A DNA stretch of 64,000 bases from Cyanophora paradoxa CCMP329. Lineage: Eukaryota > Plantae > Glaucophyta. Within the stretch, counting starts at the first letter, position 1. Each line of letters begins with the position of its first letter. The notes under the pieces are model-generated. The model was not told the DNA's origin and did no database searches. It worked only from the letters and a program-made list of their open reading frames with translations. Of this stretch, positions 46,130 to 59,319 are shown piece by piece. Position numbers and translations under genes: made by a program. The stretch spans positions 1 through 64,000 of the forward strand of contig QPMI01000523.1 of NCBI GenBank assembly GCA_004431415.1, in the 5' to 3' direction.

Positions 46130-46989
46130 TATTTAAGTGGACTCAAGGTTGACTCATATTAATCGTAAAAGTAGTAAAAGTATATGGATTTTGTTACGAA
46201 TTCAATGCAAGGGTTGACTAAGTGGGTTGAGTTGACTCAAAGTTCACAGGAAATAACAATGAATCAGAGTATAAATGCATTTTTTGAATCAACTACACCA
46301 ACTAACACTGAGATTTTACCAATATATGAGGTCCTTACTGAATATGGTTTGTGTGACAGGTGTGACAGGTCTATCCCGTGGATTTTCAAAATCAATTTCT
46401 CACTAGGACTTTCCTTGGGATGGACCTGTCACACCTGTCACACCTGTCACACCCAATTATTTCAAAAATCCTAAGGGTCCCCCCTTAGACTCAACAAAAC
46501 AATGATAAAATCATATAAGTTTCATGTATAATTACGATTGAATTCAATAAGAGATCGATTTGTTTTATTTAACAAATGAATCTTTTATGGATCTTAATCG
46601 AGTTTAGCGATATATTTCCGATTAAATGAATTAAATTTAATTAAATTTAATCGAGAAAGTACATGAATATAATATCGATTAAATCAATTAACAAACAGAC
46701 CAATCACACATAGTAAAATGCGGAGTTTTAACCAGAGGCAAGATCTAATTGAGATTCAGTTATATTATTCGGAAATATATACAGATTATCGATTAACTCA
46801 GTAAGACTAATCGGAAAATAAGAGAAATTTACGATAAAATATCGAAAAGAATACAAAATAATCGAAATAAATGAATATTCGATAAGATATACACAGATTA
46901 TCGATTGATTGAAATAGAATATACGAGATATATCAACAAAATCAATTAAGATTAAGCCGAGGGTTAAAACTCCGCATTTTACTATGTGT
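46130..46989. repeat. Right terminal inverted repeat (~860 bp)
   Basis: Reverse complement of 20214-21073. Confidence 0.95.
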
Positions 46990-46995
46990 GGTGAA
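46990..46995. repeat. Target-site duplication GGTGAA (right)
   Basis: Matches 20208-20213. Confidence 0.85.
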
Positions 46996-47078
46996 AACAT
47001 TGCAATGAGGAGCGATCCATAGATCGAAAATGGCCGGGCCGGGGCAATTTAATATCGATGATGTCGTTGGGACTGCAC

Positions 47079-50000
47079 CGGCTATCCAGTCGACGTCGAA
47101 GAAAGCTTCCAGGATGCCGGGGGGCTGGTCGGCGGCGGACACCTTGTATCGGACGCGAAGGTCCTGGGCGAGGGCGCCCCGCGGCTGATCGTCCGGCAGG
47201 CACGAGTTGACATCGATGGGCGGGAGAGCGAGATGTGCGCCGCGTTGTTTGTTGCGGAAAGTTATACTGGACGATACAGGAACATGAGCTAGCGGTCGAA
47301 GCAGAAAGAGAACGAGTGGCCCCAACGTGCAGCACTGCGCACCTCGCGTCGACGTCGGAGGGCGCTGCGGGCGTGTCTTCCTCGACAATGGAGAGGGTGA
47401 AGTCCATGGGGGACCACTCCTCGTCGGGCGTCCCCTCGGCGTCGTCCAGCTCCACGCGGCACTGCAGCCCGGCAACCGCGGCCCCTTCCCGCCTCCGAAC
47501 TACCAGGATGCCGCCAGCTTCTTTGCACTCCAGCTGCTGCTCCAGCTGCTCCTGCTGCTGCTGCTTGGTCGCGCGAACTTTTCCTTTGCGCTTTGAACTC
47601 GCGCTCCCCGCTGCAGGCTCAGCGGCAGGGTTGAGCACCCGCAGGCGCCTCCGCACAACGGGCAGGGCAACGATCAGCTTCGGGACGTCCGCGACGAGCT
47701 CCGCATCCGGCCCTGCGAGCTGGACCGACAGTTTGATCTCCGTCCCTGATCACGAGCTGCATCAGAACTGGAGCCATGCAAAACCACACTTCGAAATTCA
47801 TTCAAACGCTGAATTACCAAGCGGGGTAGATATGGGCGTATTGCGGTTTGGGGTGCAGTGCGCCACACCAGTTCCATCGAACTGCAAAAATAGTTTAAGC
47901 AAGTGCGACCTTTAAATTTGCACAGAGCTCGAGGTGATAAAGATCAAGGAGGCGCGCCTTGAAGCGGAGTCGACCCTTTGCGCTCGAGCCTCCAGCGCTA
48001 GTTGCCGCCGCATTCTCCGCGTCCCCGGCTTCGATGACGGCGTGCATGCCCTCGACGGTCGAGCTGCACGGGAAGCCGTCCTCGTCGCGGGCGCCGACGC
48101 GCAGCTCGGGGAGACGCTCGCCGGGCCGAATTCGAAGCCCCTCCGCGGCCTCCTCGTCGAGCAGGAACAGCTGCTTCGGCTCCCCTGCGCCGCGGCCGGG
48201 CACGCGTGAGCCAGCGTTAGGCGCATCCGTATATCGATCCGAATTTTAAGCGGACAGCGCGCACCCGGGACGACCTCGATGGCCAGGCCGTCCGCGCCTC
48301 CTTCGCCGGGCGAGAGCCCCGCCTGCAGTTTGGCGGGGACTCGGAAGGCCTCTCGCGATCGGGCCGCCGCGGGCTTTGAGGCTGCAGAACTTGAGCCTCC
48401 TGACGCTCGCTTCGGCTTCAGGCGCAGCCCGGTGACACGGATGGCAGCGCGCTTCAGATCCACGAGCCAGTGTGCAGCGGTGTCGTAACGCAGATCATCA
48501 CTGTCCAGTTCGATCGCGAACTGCCGCGAGCGCGCCGAGCATGATCATGCGCGAACGACGTCGAGCGACTGCTCAGATCAAGAGTAAATATATACCTCTT
48601 TGCAAGACACGCTGAACCCGTCGTTGCGAAGGCGCTCCATGGCCTCCGGAGCAACGGTGCTCGGGGAGACGGCGTTCCCGTACCCGTCGAGGAAGGAGAC
48701 GGTGATTGGGGGCAGGGCGCTCCGCAGCGGGAGAACCGCCGGACTCGCGCTCGCCCGCCCGTCTTCCCAGCCAAGCTTGAGCTTCTGGGGCGGTCCTGAG
48801 GGATAGATAGAGAGTGAGGATTCCAACAAGTAAAACAGAGTCACGGGCAGGGTAACGACGGAATGGCCATGGCAGGATCAGGTAAATATTAAACAATTTC
48901 GAGTACAGCAGACGCGTTGCAATGCACCTGAGCGGACAGAGAGGCGGAACTCGGCGGGGTCGATGCGGACGTCCGCGTGGAACTTGCGCCTCTCGCGGAC
49001 GTCCTGGTCGTTCGTGACCGCGTCCGCGTCACGGTTGATTGCGAAGCACACGACGCGGTACGCGCCGGCGACTGGCAGCTCGAGGGACCTGAGAGCAGGC
49101 AAAGGCATGGAAGAAATGAGGGCAGAGCACGCCGGACGTGAGGAGTTCGCAAACGCGAATTCGAAATTCGGAGAATTCGAATGGCGCGTGCGCACTGGGC
49201 CACGAAGGCGGAGATGTCGGTGAGGAATTCATTGAAGGCCAGGTGCTTCATCAGGACGAGCTGGCCCGGTCGCTCGAAGCGCTTGGACTTGTCCTCCTTG
49301 AAGCTCTCCCAGATGCGCTTCTCGATGGCCATCGGCGCCATGTCGAGCTTGCGCTGTACAGCGGATCGCAATCAGGCTCCAGCTACGAAACAGATCTATA
49401 GCTAGACCGCATCCGAATATACAAATGCAACCGAAGAGTACACACTTGCATCTCTTTTACAATCGCTTGGGACTCCGCGGTCAGCTTCCCTTCCTGCAAA
49501 TAAAACGCGAAGCAGACGCCGCGGCCGGCCCTGCGCTTCTGGTCCGAGACCGCGGCGCCGGAGCCGTCGAGGAGCTGGGCCCCCACGCTGAACGCCGCGC
49601 CCGCCTGGACTTCGAGGGCCGCCTCCCGATCGGACTCCTGCGCCGCAGACCGGAGGGCGGAGGGCGGAGAGGGCGGAATCAGCTATTCGAAGAGATCACC
49701 TTGGAAAACGAATGCAGCACTGTACCGAGGGAGAAAGAATGCCAGGCGTCCCGGCACCCGAACGCGCATTCGGAAGAAAGCCGACGGACTTGGGGAGGAA
49801 CTGCTGCACTTGCTTGTCGGCAAATTCCGGCTTCACCTTCTTCTCCAGGCGCGCAATGTCCATCTGCGTCGGTTTTTGTGTTATTGATGTCATTGGATCT
49901 CTAGGAAAAAGCGAGATGGCATGTCCAACTGCTTTACCTTCGTGCTCTTTTCGCGCGCGGAGAAATCCTTCCATCGTTCGGGAAAGTATGGTTCAATCTG

Positions 50001-53000
50001 TTCAATGTAATTGTCAGCAGCCATCGCACGACAAATCACACTCAACTGCACATGAAAGATCACGCGCCTCGACCATGGCGAGGTCCCCGGTGACGCTGCG
50101 CCAGAAGTGGACGATGCGCCCGTAGCCGACGTCACGCTTGCCGGCGCCCCTCTTCCCCTTGCCCTTGCCCTTACTCGACGACGGGCTCGGGTCCGCCTCG
50201 TCGGCGGTGATGCCGGGTCCGGAGTCGCGGCCAGTCTGGGCTTCATCCCGACTGCAGCGGTACTCAACCTGATCGGATCGAATTCATATGTAGATCTAGA
50301 GACGGGAAGCCGGCAGCAGTATCGATGGAGGAGACACGGACCACGTCTTTGACCGACCACTCGTCGCCCATGAACTTGATCTTGTTCCACGCCGCCCACG
50401 TGACATCGCGCTCGTCGGTCCGGTCGTCCCATGGCGACGCATCCTTGTCCGCATCGACAAAGACGACCTGGGCAAGTATGGCTACGGCGCGATGCGACGT
50501 AGCGTATGCTTTATGCACCTCCTGGTCGCGCTTATGCTGCTCGAGCATCCACGCGTTGTACTGCCGCTTTGCGCTCTCGAGGACGCTGCTGACAAGCACC
50601 AGGTTCAGATTGTTCGCACCCATTGCCTGGGTCTGCGCAATTTCCGATAGCCAAAGTTCAGCCGGAGTCACCGTTGTTCGAATATGCATATGAGGCGAAG
50701 CAGAAATACCAGGCTGTGCTTCTGAGTTCCTGGCAGGACATCGGGGCTCAAGAACACGAAACCTGAGCAGAAAGGTCGGAGATCAGTGGATGGAAAACCA
50801 TTTGTATGATTAAGTCAAAGCTCGTTCGGTGCAAACCGAGAACACGGTTCGTGTAGCAGACGAGTGGGATCGAGTGTCCGCTGAACTTTTTGTTCTCCAG
50901 CCCCTTCTTGTCGCACTCTTCCGGTCTCATGAACAGCAGCTGGTTGCTGCTCGTGATGGTCAACGTGGCAGATGCGTTGCCATTTTAGTGACGTTCGGCG
51001 AAATTGTTTTGGACGAGCTATAGCTAGATGGATCTGAAAGTGTTCTTGAGGGTCAGGAGACCACGTACAGTTCGTTTATAAACCTGTTCAACGAGACGAT
51101 GTCGAGGTTCTCAATGTATCTGCGAAGACACGCGCTCGAAACTCGCAATATGAAAATAATATGTATCGCGATCGTTAATCGATACCGAGAGGTTCAAATA
51201 AATCAACGCACAGCCCGTTCCAGATGAGGAAGACGCGGGAGTGGGACTTGAGGGTGCTGGAGTGGAGGGCGCTGTCGAGCTCCTCGTTGTCCTCAAGGTC
51301 GACCGTGTCGGCAAACAGGCTCGCCGGGAGCGGCATCGTCTCCTTGCCCTTCAAGCACGGGAAGTAGAGAAACACGGCCTGCGCAGAACGAAAACGGTTT
51401 CTTCCGCATCACTTTATATCGTGATGGATATATATCTTGGCCGCGGGATGCCTTTCGCAACTATGACCAGAAAGCCCTGTTCATGGAAATTCAAAGCAGA
51501 GAGCGGATACCGTGCAGAGTTCGTGGCGCCACACCATGGCGTCCTTCGGCCTCTCCTGGATGGCGTCGTGCAGGCGCCGCACCTGCGCAAGTCAAAGTCC
51601 TCAGAAATGGAAGTGTGTTACGCATACGTGTACGTGGAAGAAGACCTGGCTGTGCAAGACCTCGTTGTATTTGGACCTGCACGCGTGCACACGTGGTTCG
51701 CCCGCGCGCGGACTGCGCGCGCGACACATGCGCTTTGCGCACCCAGCGACATCGATGAAGTCGTGCTCGCCTTTGCACTTGTTGTCCCAGAGGCGGACCT
51801 GCGCGCCCGAAGCCTTCAAATCACAAGAAGATCCGTGGCTCGATGAATCTCAATTATATATATATTAATTTTTATAGCGGCCCAATCAGCGGGGGCAAGG
51901 GAGTACCTGCACAGGAGTTCGCCTCTGCGATCCGAGATCAGCAGCGTTGCTGTCGGCATCCAGATCTAGATTAGCTCCAGTTGCGAAGCCTGATCACGAA
52001 TTCGAACAAAAGAATTAATTCGCAAGCATTTGAGCAAGATCGAATTCCTAATATGCTCAATGCAAGAGGATTTGAATTCTATCCGATCGCGATCGCGACG
52101 GGCGCGCGCATATCCGTGAATTCTCGAACCACCGAGAAGGTAGAAGAAGTGCTTCTTGTAGACGAACTCGCAGAAGGTCTTGCGGTCGTAGTGATCCCAC
52201 ACGCGCTCGCGGAAGCACTTGCGGATGGTCACGCGCGTGAACGAGCCGGCCGCCAGCTCGTCGGCCGACGCCGGCTCCGCCCACATCTCCAGCTTGGAGT
52301 CGCGGAGCCCCTCCCTCCGGATGACGCTCTGGAAAGGCGGCCGATCAGACTGAAAGACGAATAAATCGCAAATCACAGCCGGACGTTATCAAGCTCCATG
52401 CAGTAGACGTGCTGCGAGTCCTTCGGCTTGGTCCTTAAGTAGATGACATCGCCGAACCAGAAGCCCGCGCGCTTCCCGCCCATCCCGTGCCTGCAGCCAG
52501 TCTGTGTCGGCGAGGCCTGGAAAGCAACGTCCATCGCAAGAAAAGAGGTTGCACGGCGAAAGCAAACCTCGACAAGTTTCCGTTGATCAAGCGGCTGTTG
52601 ATCTCCGCCCGGCTCTCATTCGTCAGAGCTTCGAAGTCGGCCTTCTTCCTGCCCTTGCCTTTGGGCCGCTGCCTCTGCTGGCCAGCGCCTCCGGCGGACG
52701 AGGAAGGGCTGCCGCTGCCGCTGTCCTTGGAGGGCGCGCCGGAGCTGGCCCTGGCCTCCTTCTCCCGCGTGAAGTTGCAGCTCAGATTGTACTTGGCGAA
52801 CAGTTTGCTGCACGCCGAGTCAAGCCGGCGCCGCGCGGGGGGGTAATTACAACGCCTGAAAAAACGCGCGGCGCACAGCTCCTCGTACTCCATTCCGCGC
52901 CCGTTGTCGTAGAAGCGGACCTCCTGTGCGTGGATGCGGCTTCCGGCGGTCAGAGCGAAGCTAAATGTTAACAATAATCAACGAAAAGGGCTGCTCGCAT

Positions 53001-54100
53001 TTTCCTTCTCGTCGAAGAACACGTCAATGAGGCGGGCACCCGCTTGGAAGCTGTTTTCCTGCAGCGCGGCTGCAGCTCGATCGCGAGAACAGAATATGAG
53101 AACAACGCGTCTGAAACAGAACGTACAATAAATTCGGTGGTGGCATGGGTGTAGAAGGTAACGTCGAGACTCTGCTTGTCGAAGAAGTCGTTGTTGGGAA
53201 GAATGTCTGCTCGTGATCGAGCGAATCGTATACGAAATTAGAAATCGTCATCGTAAAGGAGCGGCGCGGAAATCATGATCATGGCGCTAACATTTTTTGG
53301 CACTAAATCTACAATTAGTGCTCACCCACATGCTTCACCCTGAGTCGAGGCCTCGAAGTCCCTGGGGGGCAGAGCAAAGCGGGATCAAGGGCAGGAGCGG
53401 GAGGGTCTCAGATCTAGATCTAGAGCGGGAGAATCCGAAGGTGCCCTCGCGATCGCACCTGCGGCAGAACTCAAAGCCCGGGCCCCTGCAGCCGCTTGCG
53501 AACTCGCTCCATCAACGTCACTCGCTGGGCCAATCGCGAGGCCAGTTTGCGTAGACAGCTGATCACGAATATTATCTTGACTCGAGGTCGACCCGCGGCC
53601 GCCGATCTCGGACGTTGACTCTGGACATGCATATGGCACATTCAAATTCGATTCCCAATCAGCGCGGCCTTGAGACCCCGTTTCGCACCCTGTGGCGTCG
53701 GCAGAAGGACGAGGAGGTTGATCGAAGGCGGGAGCTGCGCCAGCGCCTCGCCCCCGCAGCCGGCGAGCTGGGCGTCCCATTCCCCGCCACCGTCGCCCGT
53801 TTCGAGCGTGCTGCCCTCCTGCGCGGCGCAGGCAGTGGGCGGCGGCGTGCATGTAAATGGGCGCGCGCGAGCCCAACGTTAGCAGCAGAGCGGGGGACGG
53901 ACGGGGAGGGCGTAGGCGGCGAGGCCCGGGCGGCGGCGGTCGAGGGCGCCCCGGAGGGCGGAGAGGAGCTCCTCCGGCGAGCCCAGGCTGAGCCGCACGT
54001 CGAGCTCGACCTCCTTCGGATCCTTGCCCTCCCAGTAGTGCAGCCTCACGAGCAGCGCCCGCCCGGGCTGCGAGGGGCTCGAGGGGCCCCCCGTCGCCAT
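47079..54100 (-). CDS. SMCHD1/GMI1-like protein, 5' half (GHKL ATPase), multi-exon; start uncertain
   Basis: Spliced exons give ILP...TTEFIENSFQAGARLIDV (motif I), VRFYDNGRGM (II), NLSRFGMGGKRAGFWFG (III) and FTRVTI (IV) at ~53200-52200. Confidence 0.7.
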
Positions 54101-54179
54101 CGCGTGCTCTCCTGCGAGCACAGCCACGTGAGCTGCCCGCGCTTTATGAGATTCCAGGCCATGGGCCGGGAGCGGGGGG

Positions 54180-55380
54180 TGGGGGGTGGGAGCGGCGAGG
54201 CGAGCTCGAGGGACGAATGAAGGGAAAGGGAAGAGGGCAAGGGGACCGCGGGGGAGGGGGGGGGGGGGGGGGGGTTGGGGAGGGGGGTGGGGAGGGGGGG
54301 GGGGAAGGGGGGCAGGGGGCTTGGAGAGCGGGTGCAAAGGATAAGAGAGCTAAGATTTCACGAAAGGGGGAGATTATAAAAGGTTGTCTGGTGCTTGGTG
54401 GAGGGGGAGGGTGGGGGGTACGGGGTACGGGTTGGGGTACGGAGGGAGGGAGCTAAATTAAACGGGGAGGGGAAGAGGGGAGGTAGGGAGGAGGCTCGGG
54501 CCGGGGCGGAACGAGGGCGGAACGAGGAGCGGGCGGGTTGGGGGGGGGGGGGGGCCGAGGAGCGGAGGGGGGAGGGGAGGGGTTAGGGGTTGGAGGAGGG
54601 GGGGGGGGGGACGGGGGGGGGCAGACGGGGAAATAGAGAGGGAGGTAGGGAGGAGGGTTCGGGGCGGGCCCTGGAGCGGAACGAGGTCGGGGGTGGTGGC
54701 GAATAGATGGGGGTGAGGGCGGAAGGGGGCGCGGGTCGGAGAGGAGCGGCGGGGCGGGGGGGGGGAGGGGGGGGGAACGAGAAGCGGGGAGCGAGGTCCG
54801 GTTCGTCTCTGCGGCTGTAAAATTTATTGTTTTTGGGTCGGCTCTTAAGTGTCTGGTGTTGGGTCGGGGGAGGAGTTGGGGGGCCAGGAGGAAGCGACGG
54901 GGAGGGCCCCGGGAGGAGGGAGGGAAGGAGGGCGGCGGAAGGGGGAGGGGGAGGGGGAGAGGGCAGGCAACTAGAACTGCTGGCTCCTCTCTCAAGCTCA
55001 GGCCGGTCTGCCTGAGCTAGGTTCGCTAGGGGCTCAGGCTGTGGCCGGTCTAGGTTCAAGCTCTCAGGTTCTCTAACGGCCCTAGATCTCAATCGAATCA
55101 TCGGGTTGAACGGGGGCACCTTAAGAGCACTCTGGCGGTGAATCCTGTGATGACAGCGCAGGTCCTGATCGACGTCGACGTCGATCATGATCAGAGAGAA
55201 ATGATGCGGTGTGGGGGGGTGGGGGGTGGGGGGAGGGTGGGAGGGGTGGGGGGGGGGGGGGTAGGGGTGGGGTGGGGGTTGGGTTGGGGAGGGGGGAGGG
55301 TGGGGGTGGGGGTGGGGGGGGGGTGGGGGTGGGGGGTGGGGGTGGGGGGGTGGGGTGGGTGGGGGGTGGGGGGAAGGTTA
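54180..55380. repeat. Poly-G / G-rich low-complexity tracts with an imperfect local duplication
   Basis: Long G runs; gggaggtagggaggagg...gcggaacgagg occurs at ~54478 and ~54640. Confidence 0.6.
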
Positions 55381-56401
55381 AAGCGTGCTGAACTAGAGCC
55401 CCGCGGCCCCGCGCCGGAAGCGGCGCCGAGTGCCAACTGTTAACGCGAATTCTAACGCATCGCGTATACGTATGCGCACGGCCGCGGGCCTCGCGATCGG
55501 AGGACGACTCACTCGGACTCGGGAGCCTGCAGCTTGCAATTGGCGGCCGCGAGCGCAGGCCCAGGCAGACCCGGCGTGCGGCTGGCGGTTTCGAAATCAA
55601 TCTTACAATCTGTGAGCGCTCATGATCAGCGAGGCATCGCGCGGGCCGGGCGGGGAGCTCGAAACGCGGTCGCGGTCGCCTGCCGGCGCCGGCGCACATG
55701 CGGGCGATCTAAAGAGGCGGCGCGGCCGCAGCTAGAGGCAATCTATAGGAATGTATCTAAAAGAAACGAAAAGCATGAGGGCAACCCAAAGCGGGCCCTA
55801 GAATCGAAGCGGTCGTGGGTTCGTGCGCCAGGCGAACGTGCGTCCGGCCCGGGGGATCCGAGGCCCCGGGCGCTCAAACGAGCCGCTCTTATCATCTATG
55901 CTTGCTAAGAAGGGGAAATATGGTGAGCGGGACGGATGACGGCGCAGGGATGGGACGAGACGGCGAAGCGAATGATCAGACGGGCGCTGGGGGCAGTCCG
56001 GCGAGCTAAAGATGCGCTCTATCAAACGCGCAGTACATCAAGGCTGGTGTTCCTCGGTCCGCGCGCCAGCAGCTTTGACCGCACCGCCTCGCGCCTCGCG
56101 CCTCGCGGCTAGAGGCCGCTCTCCGTACCCGACGCGCCAGCGAACTAATATTCTAGTCTTCGCGCCCGCGGAGAAGGGCGGCAGCGCACCGGAGACCCGA
56201 AGCCTTCGCCTGAGTTTAAGATCCTGTACCCCATCGTCCGGAAAGTCGGAAGTCCAAACCGCCCTCTGCTGTCCGCTGGTGCACTTCAAGCTATTTAGGC
56301 GGCGCTGAGCTGCCGAACGCCGCCCGCTGGCTTCTATCATGCGATAGCCGAGAACCTTACCGCGCCCCGCGCCGGGCGCCTCGGCTCCCGCGGACGGCGC
56401 C

Positions 56402-58651
56402 ATGGCCCCCCGCACGAAGGATTTGCCCGGAAGGGCGGTCTCCTGGGGCCGGGCAATGGACGCGGGGCCGGACCTTGACGCGCCGCGGGCGCCGCCCGCG
56501 CTCCCGGCTCCCGGCGGCGCGGGGCGAGCGTACGAGCCAGCCGCGGCGCAGCCAGCGGCTGCTGGGGCGCTGCAGCCACGCGCCGAGGTGCGCCGGCCCC
56601 GCGCGACCACCGCCGACGTCACGCCACTGATGTCGATGTGCACTTGGCCGTGCCGCGCCGCGCAGGCGGCTTCGGTCACAAGTTCGGTGTTCCGCCCGCA
56701 GGAGGAGGTTATGAGGAAGCTGCGCGCAGGCGGTGCGGCGCTCGAGGAGGGCGCCGGCGCCGCCTGGGCCCGCGCCCTGGCCGCCTCGGCGTCTCGAGCC
56801 ATCCCCGCGGGCGGCGGCGCGGGCCGGCTCCTTGTCTCGCCCGCCGGTCCCGCCCAGAAGGAGGAGGCGGGCGCCGGCGCGGGGGACGAGGCGTGCGCGG
56901 CGGCGCCGGCGGCGGCGGAGGCGCGGGGGTGGCGGGTCGCCTCGTTGCTCTGCGTCCTCGCCATCACGCTCCTCGGAGACAGCGCGCGGGGCCTCGTCCT
57001 CCCCACCCAGTACCAGGCACGGCCCCTCCCTCGGCCCCTCCCGCCCGCCCACCCGCGCGCGCGCGCGTGCCGGCGGCGAGCGCGTGCCCCGCGCAGTACG
57101 TGCGGAGGCTGGGGGGCGACGAGCGGGCGCTGGGGTTCACGGTGGCGGCCTTCTCGGCGGGGCGGCTCGTCTTCAGCCCGGCGCTGGGCGCCGCCGCCGA
57201 CCGCCGCTCCTTCGCCTTCGCCCTCCGCCTCGCCCTCGCCCTCATGGCCGCCGGCAACCTCCTCTACGTCCTGGTGCCGCAGCCCTCCCGCGTTCCTCCC
57301 GCCCGATCCCCGCTCATACCCCGCATTTAGGTGCCGCAGCTGCACGTGATGGTGGCGGCGCGCCTGCTCGTCGGCTGCGGGGCGAGCACGCTCGGCGTCT
57401 CCCGCGCCTACGTCGTCGCCCTCGCGTGCGCGGCCCTCCGCGCTGAGCCGTTCGATCGGCTCCAGCCTGCGCTGAGCGGCGGGCGCCCTCCGGCAGGCCG
57501 GCGGAGCAGCGGACGGCGTACCTGGCGTACCTCTCGGCGGTGCAGTTCGCGGGGGCGGTGGTCATGCCGGGCCTCGGCGCCCTTCTCTCCGCCCTGCCCC
57601 CCGCGGGGGCCGGCCCCCTCCGCATCGACGCCGCGACCGCCCCCGCCTGGCTCCTCGCCCTCGCCGCCGCCGCCCTCGCCGCCCTCACCGCCCGCCACTT
57701 CGACGAGCCGCCGCACCCCGCGGGGGGCCCCGGCCCCGGCGGCCCCGCCCCGGAGGCCGCGGCGTCGATCTGGGAGGGGATCCCGGTGTACCCCCTCCTC
57801 GTCTGCGGCGCCGTCAACCTGGTCGTCCGCGGCGTCATGGCCGTCATCGAGGCGCGTGCCCCCGTTCTCCCCCGTACCCGCTGTGCCGTTCACCAACGTG
57901 TACCCCCACCACAGACCATCGGGACCGTCATCACCTCCCGCTACTTCCGCCTGGGGGTACGCCCCCTTCTTCCCCTCTTTCCCTGTACCCCCTCCCCGTC
58001 CGACCCCCCGCAGCCGATGGGGAGCGGCCTGCTCTTCGGCGCCATCGGCGTCCTGGCCCTCGCGGTGGTGCCGTACCCCCCCCTACCCGCCCTGTACCCC
58101 GTTCGACCCCCCCCCCCCCAGTTCCTCTCGATGCGGTGGCTCGCGGGGCGCTTCGGGGAGGCGCGGCTGGCGCAGGCGGGCCTGGCGTGCACGGCCCTGG
58201 GCCTGACCGCCCTCGCCGCCCTCGACGCCGTCCCGAGCCTGCCCCTCTTCGGGGCCGCCCTGGCCCTCGTCTGGGCGCTGGGGCACCCCCTCGGCCAGAC
58301 CGCCCTCCTCTCCATCTTCTCGGGCCTCCTCGGGCCCCGCAAGCAGGGCCAGTGGATGGGTGCGCCCCCCTCCCCCTCCCCCCTGCGCCGCCCAGGCTCG
58401 CCGCCGGCCGGATCGAATGCGGGGCAGGCTGGTTCACCTCCTCGGGGGCCCTCGCGCGGATCGCCTTCGCCTCGGCGTCGGGCCTCGCGCTGCCCGCCCT
58501 CGGCCTCCCCCCCCTCGCCCTCGGCACCGCCGCCCTCGTCCTCGCCGCCTCCTGCGCCGCCCTCTGCCTCCACGCCCGCTTCGAGGCCGCTTCGGGATCC
58601 CCCGGGGCGAACGGCGGCCCTCGCCCCAGCCGCGCGGCGTCCCCCGTGTGA
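56402..58651 (+). CDS. Major facilitator superfamily transporter (MFSD8-like), multi-exon
   Basis: GFTVAAFSAGRLVFSPALGAAADRRS (motif A-like), AARLLVGCGASTLGVSRAYV, many hydrophobic helices, and KQGQWMGWFTSSGALARI. Confidence 0.8.
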
Positions 58652-59319
58652 GCGTGCCCACCGTTCCCATCTTTTCCCGTATATACGTACACTTTATATA
58701 TTTATAACTCTTTTTTAGTTAACAACGCCTGTAAAGACCTAGATCAATTTTCCTTGATCTTGTTTCCTACATGATAGCTAGCGCTAATCTCCCATATGCA
58801 TATTGTGATAGCTAATTTATTCGCACATTCAGTATTAATTATATAATTAATGGCATTTCATGATCGATATCAAGGATCCGGAGCTGTATACGTACCGCGG
58901 CCGGTCCGGATCCTCGCCGCGGCCCCGCATGCACAGCCTGTACTGCAGGCTCGAGCTTTAATTTGCACATAAGTTCGAGCAGGAGAGGGGCACCCGGAGC
59001 AGGCGGACTGCACTTAATCTACGAAGGTATTATATTGGTGTTGATGTACACGCAAATCTCGAAACTCCTGCGGAAGGACAATAATCTAAATCTAGATCTT
59101 TTCACAAAGGCTCCCTTAAGCTGCTCGTAGAAGAGCACTGAAGGCCTAACTGGCACTCATCCCTACTTGAATGTAGAGCCCTAACAATTGAAACGAGCGC
59201 TCGGGCACACACTACGTGAAGAAGAACAGGAAAGGTGCTGGCGCGGCCTCTAACAGCGACGACAGCGGCCTAGTAGGCTACCTACCTGGAACTCGGATCC
59301 AGATCGAATCTGGATCAAA

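Larger units (their letters stand above)
20214..46989. mobile_element. Endogenous Polinton-like virus (26.8 kb)
   Basis: Abrupt AT-rich, intronless, gene-dense island with ~860-bp TIRs and a TSD; encodes MCP, pentons, packaging ATPase, pPolB and primase-helicase. Confidence 0.93.

Noticed and set aside
54180-55380. Poly-Pro/Gly ORFs or a functional G-quadruplex array
   Set aside because: The irregular G runs look like low-quality or simple-repeat sequence, with no independent support for function.
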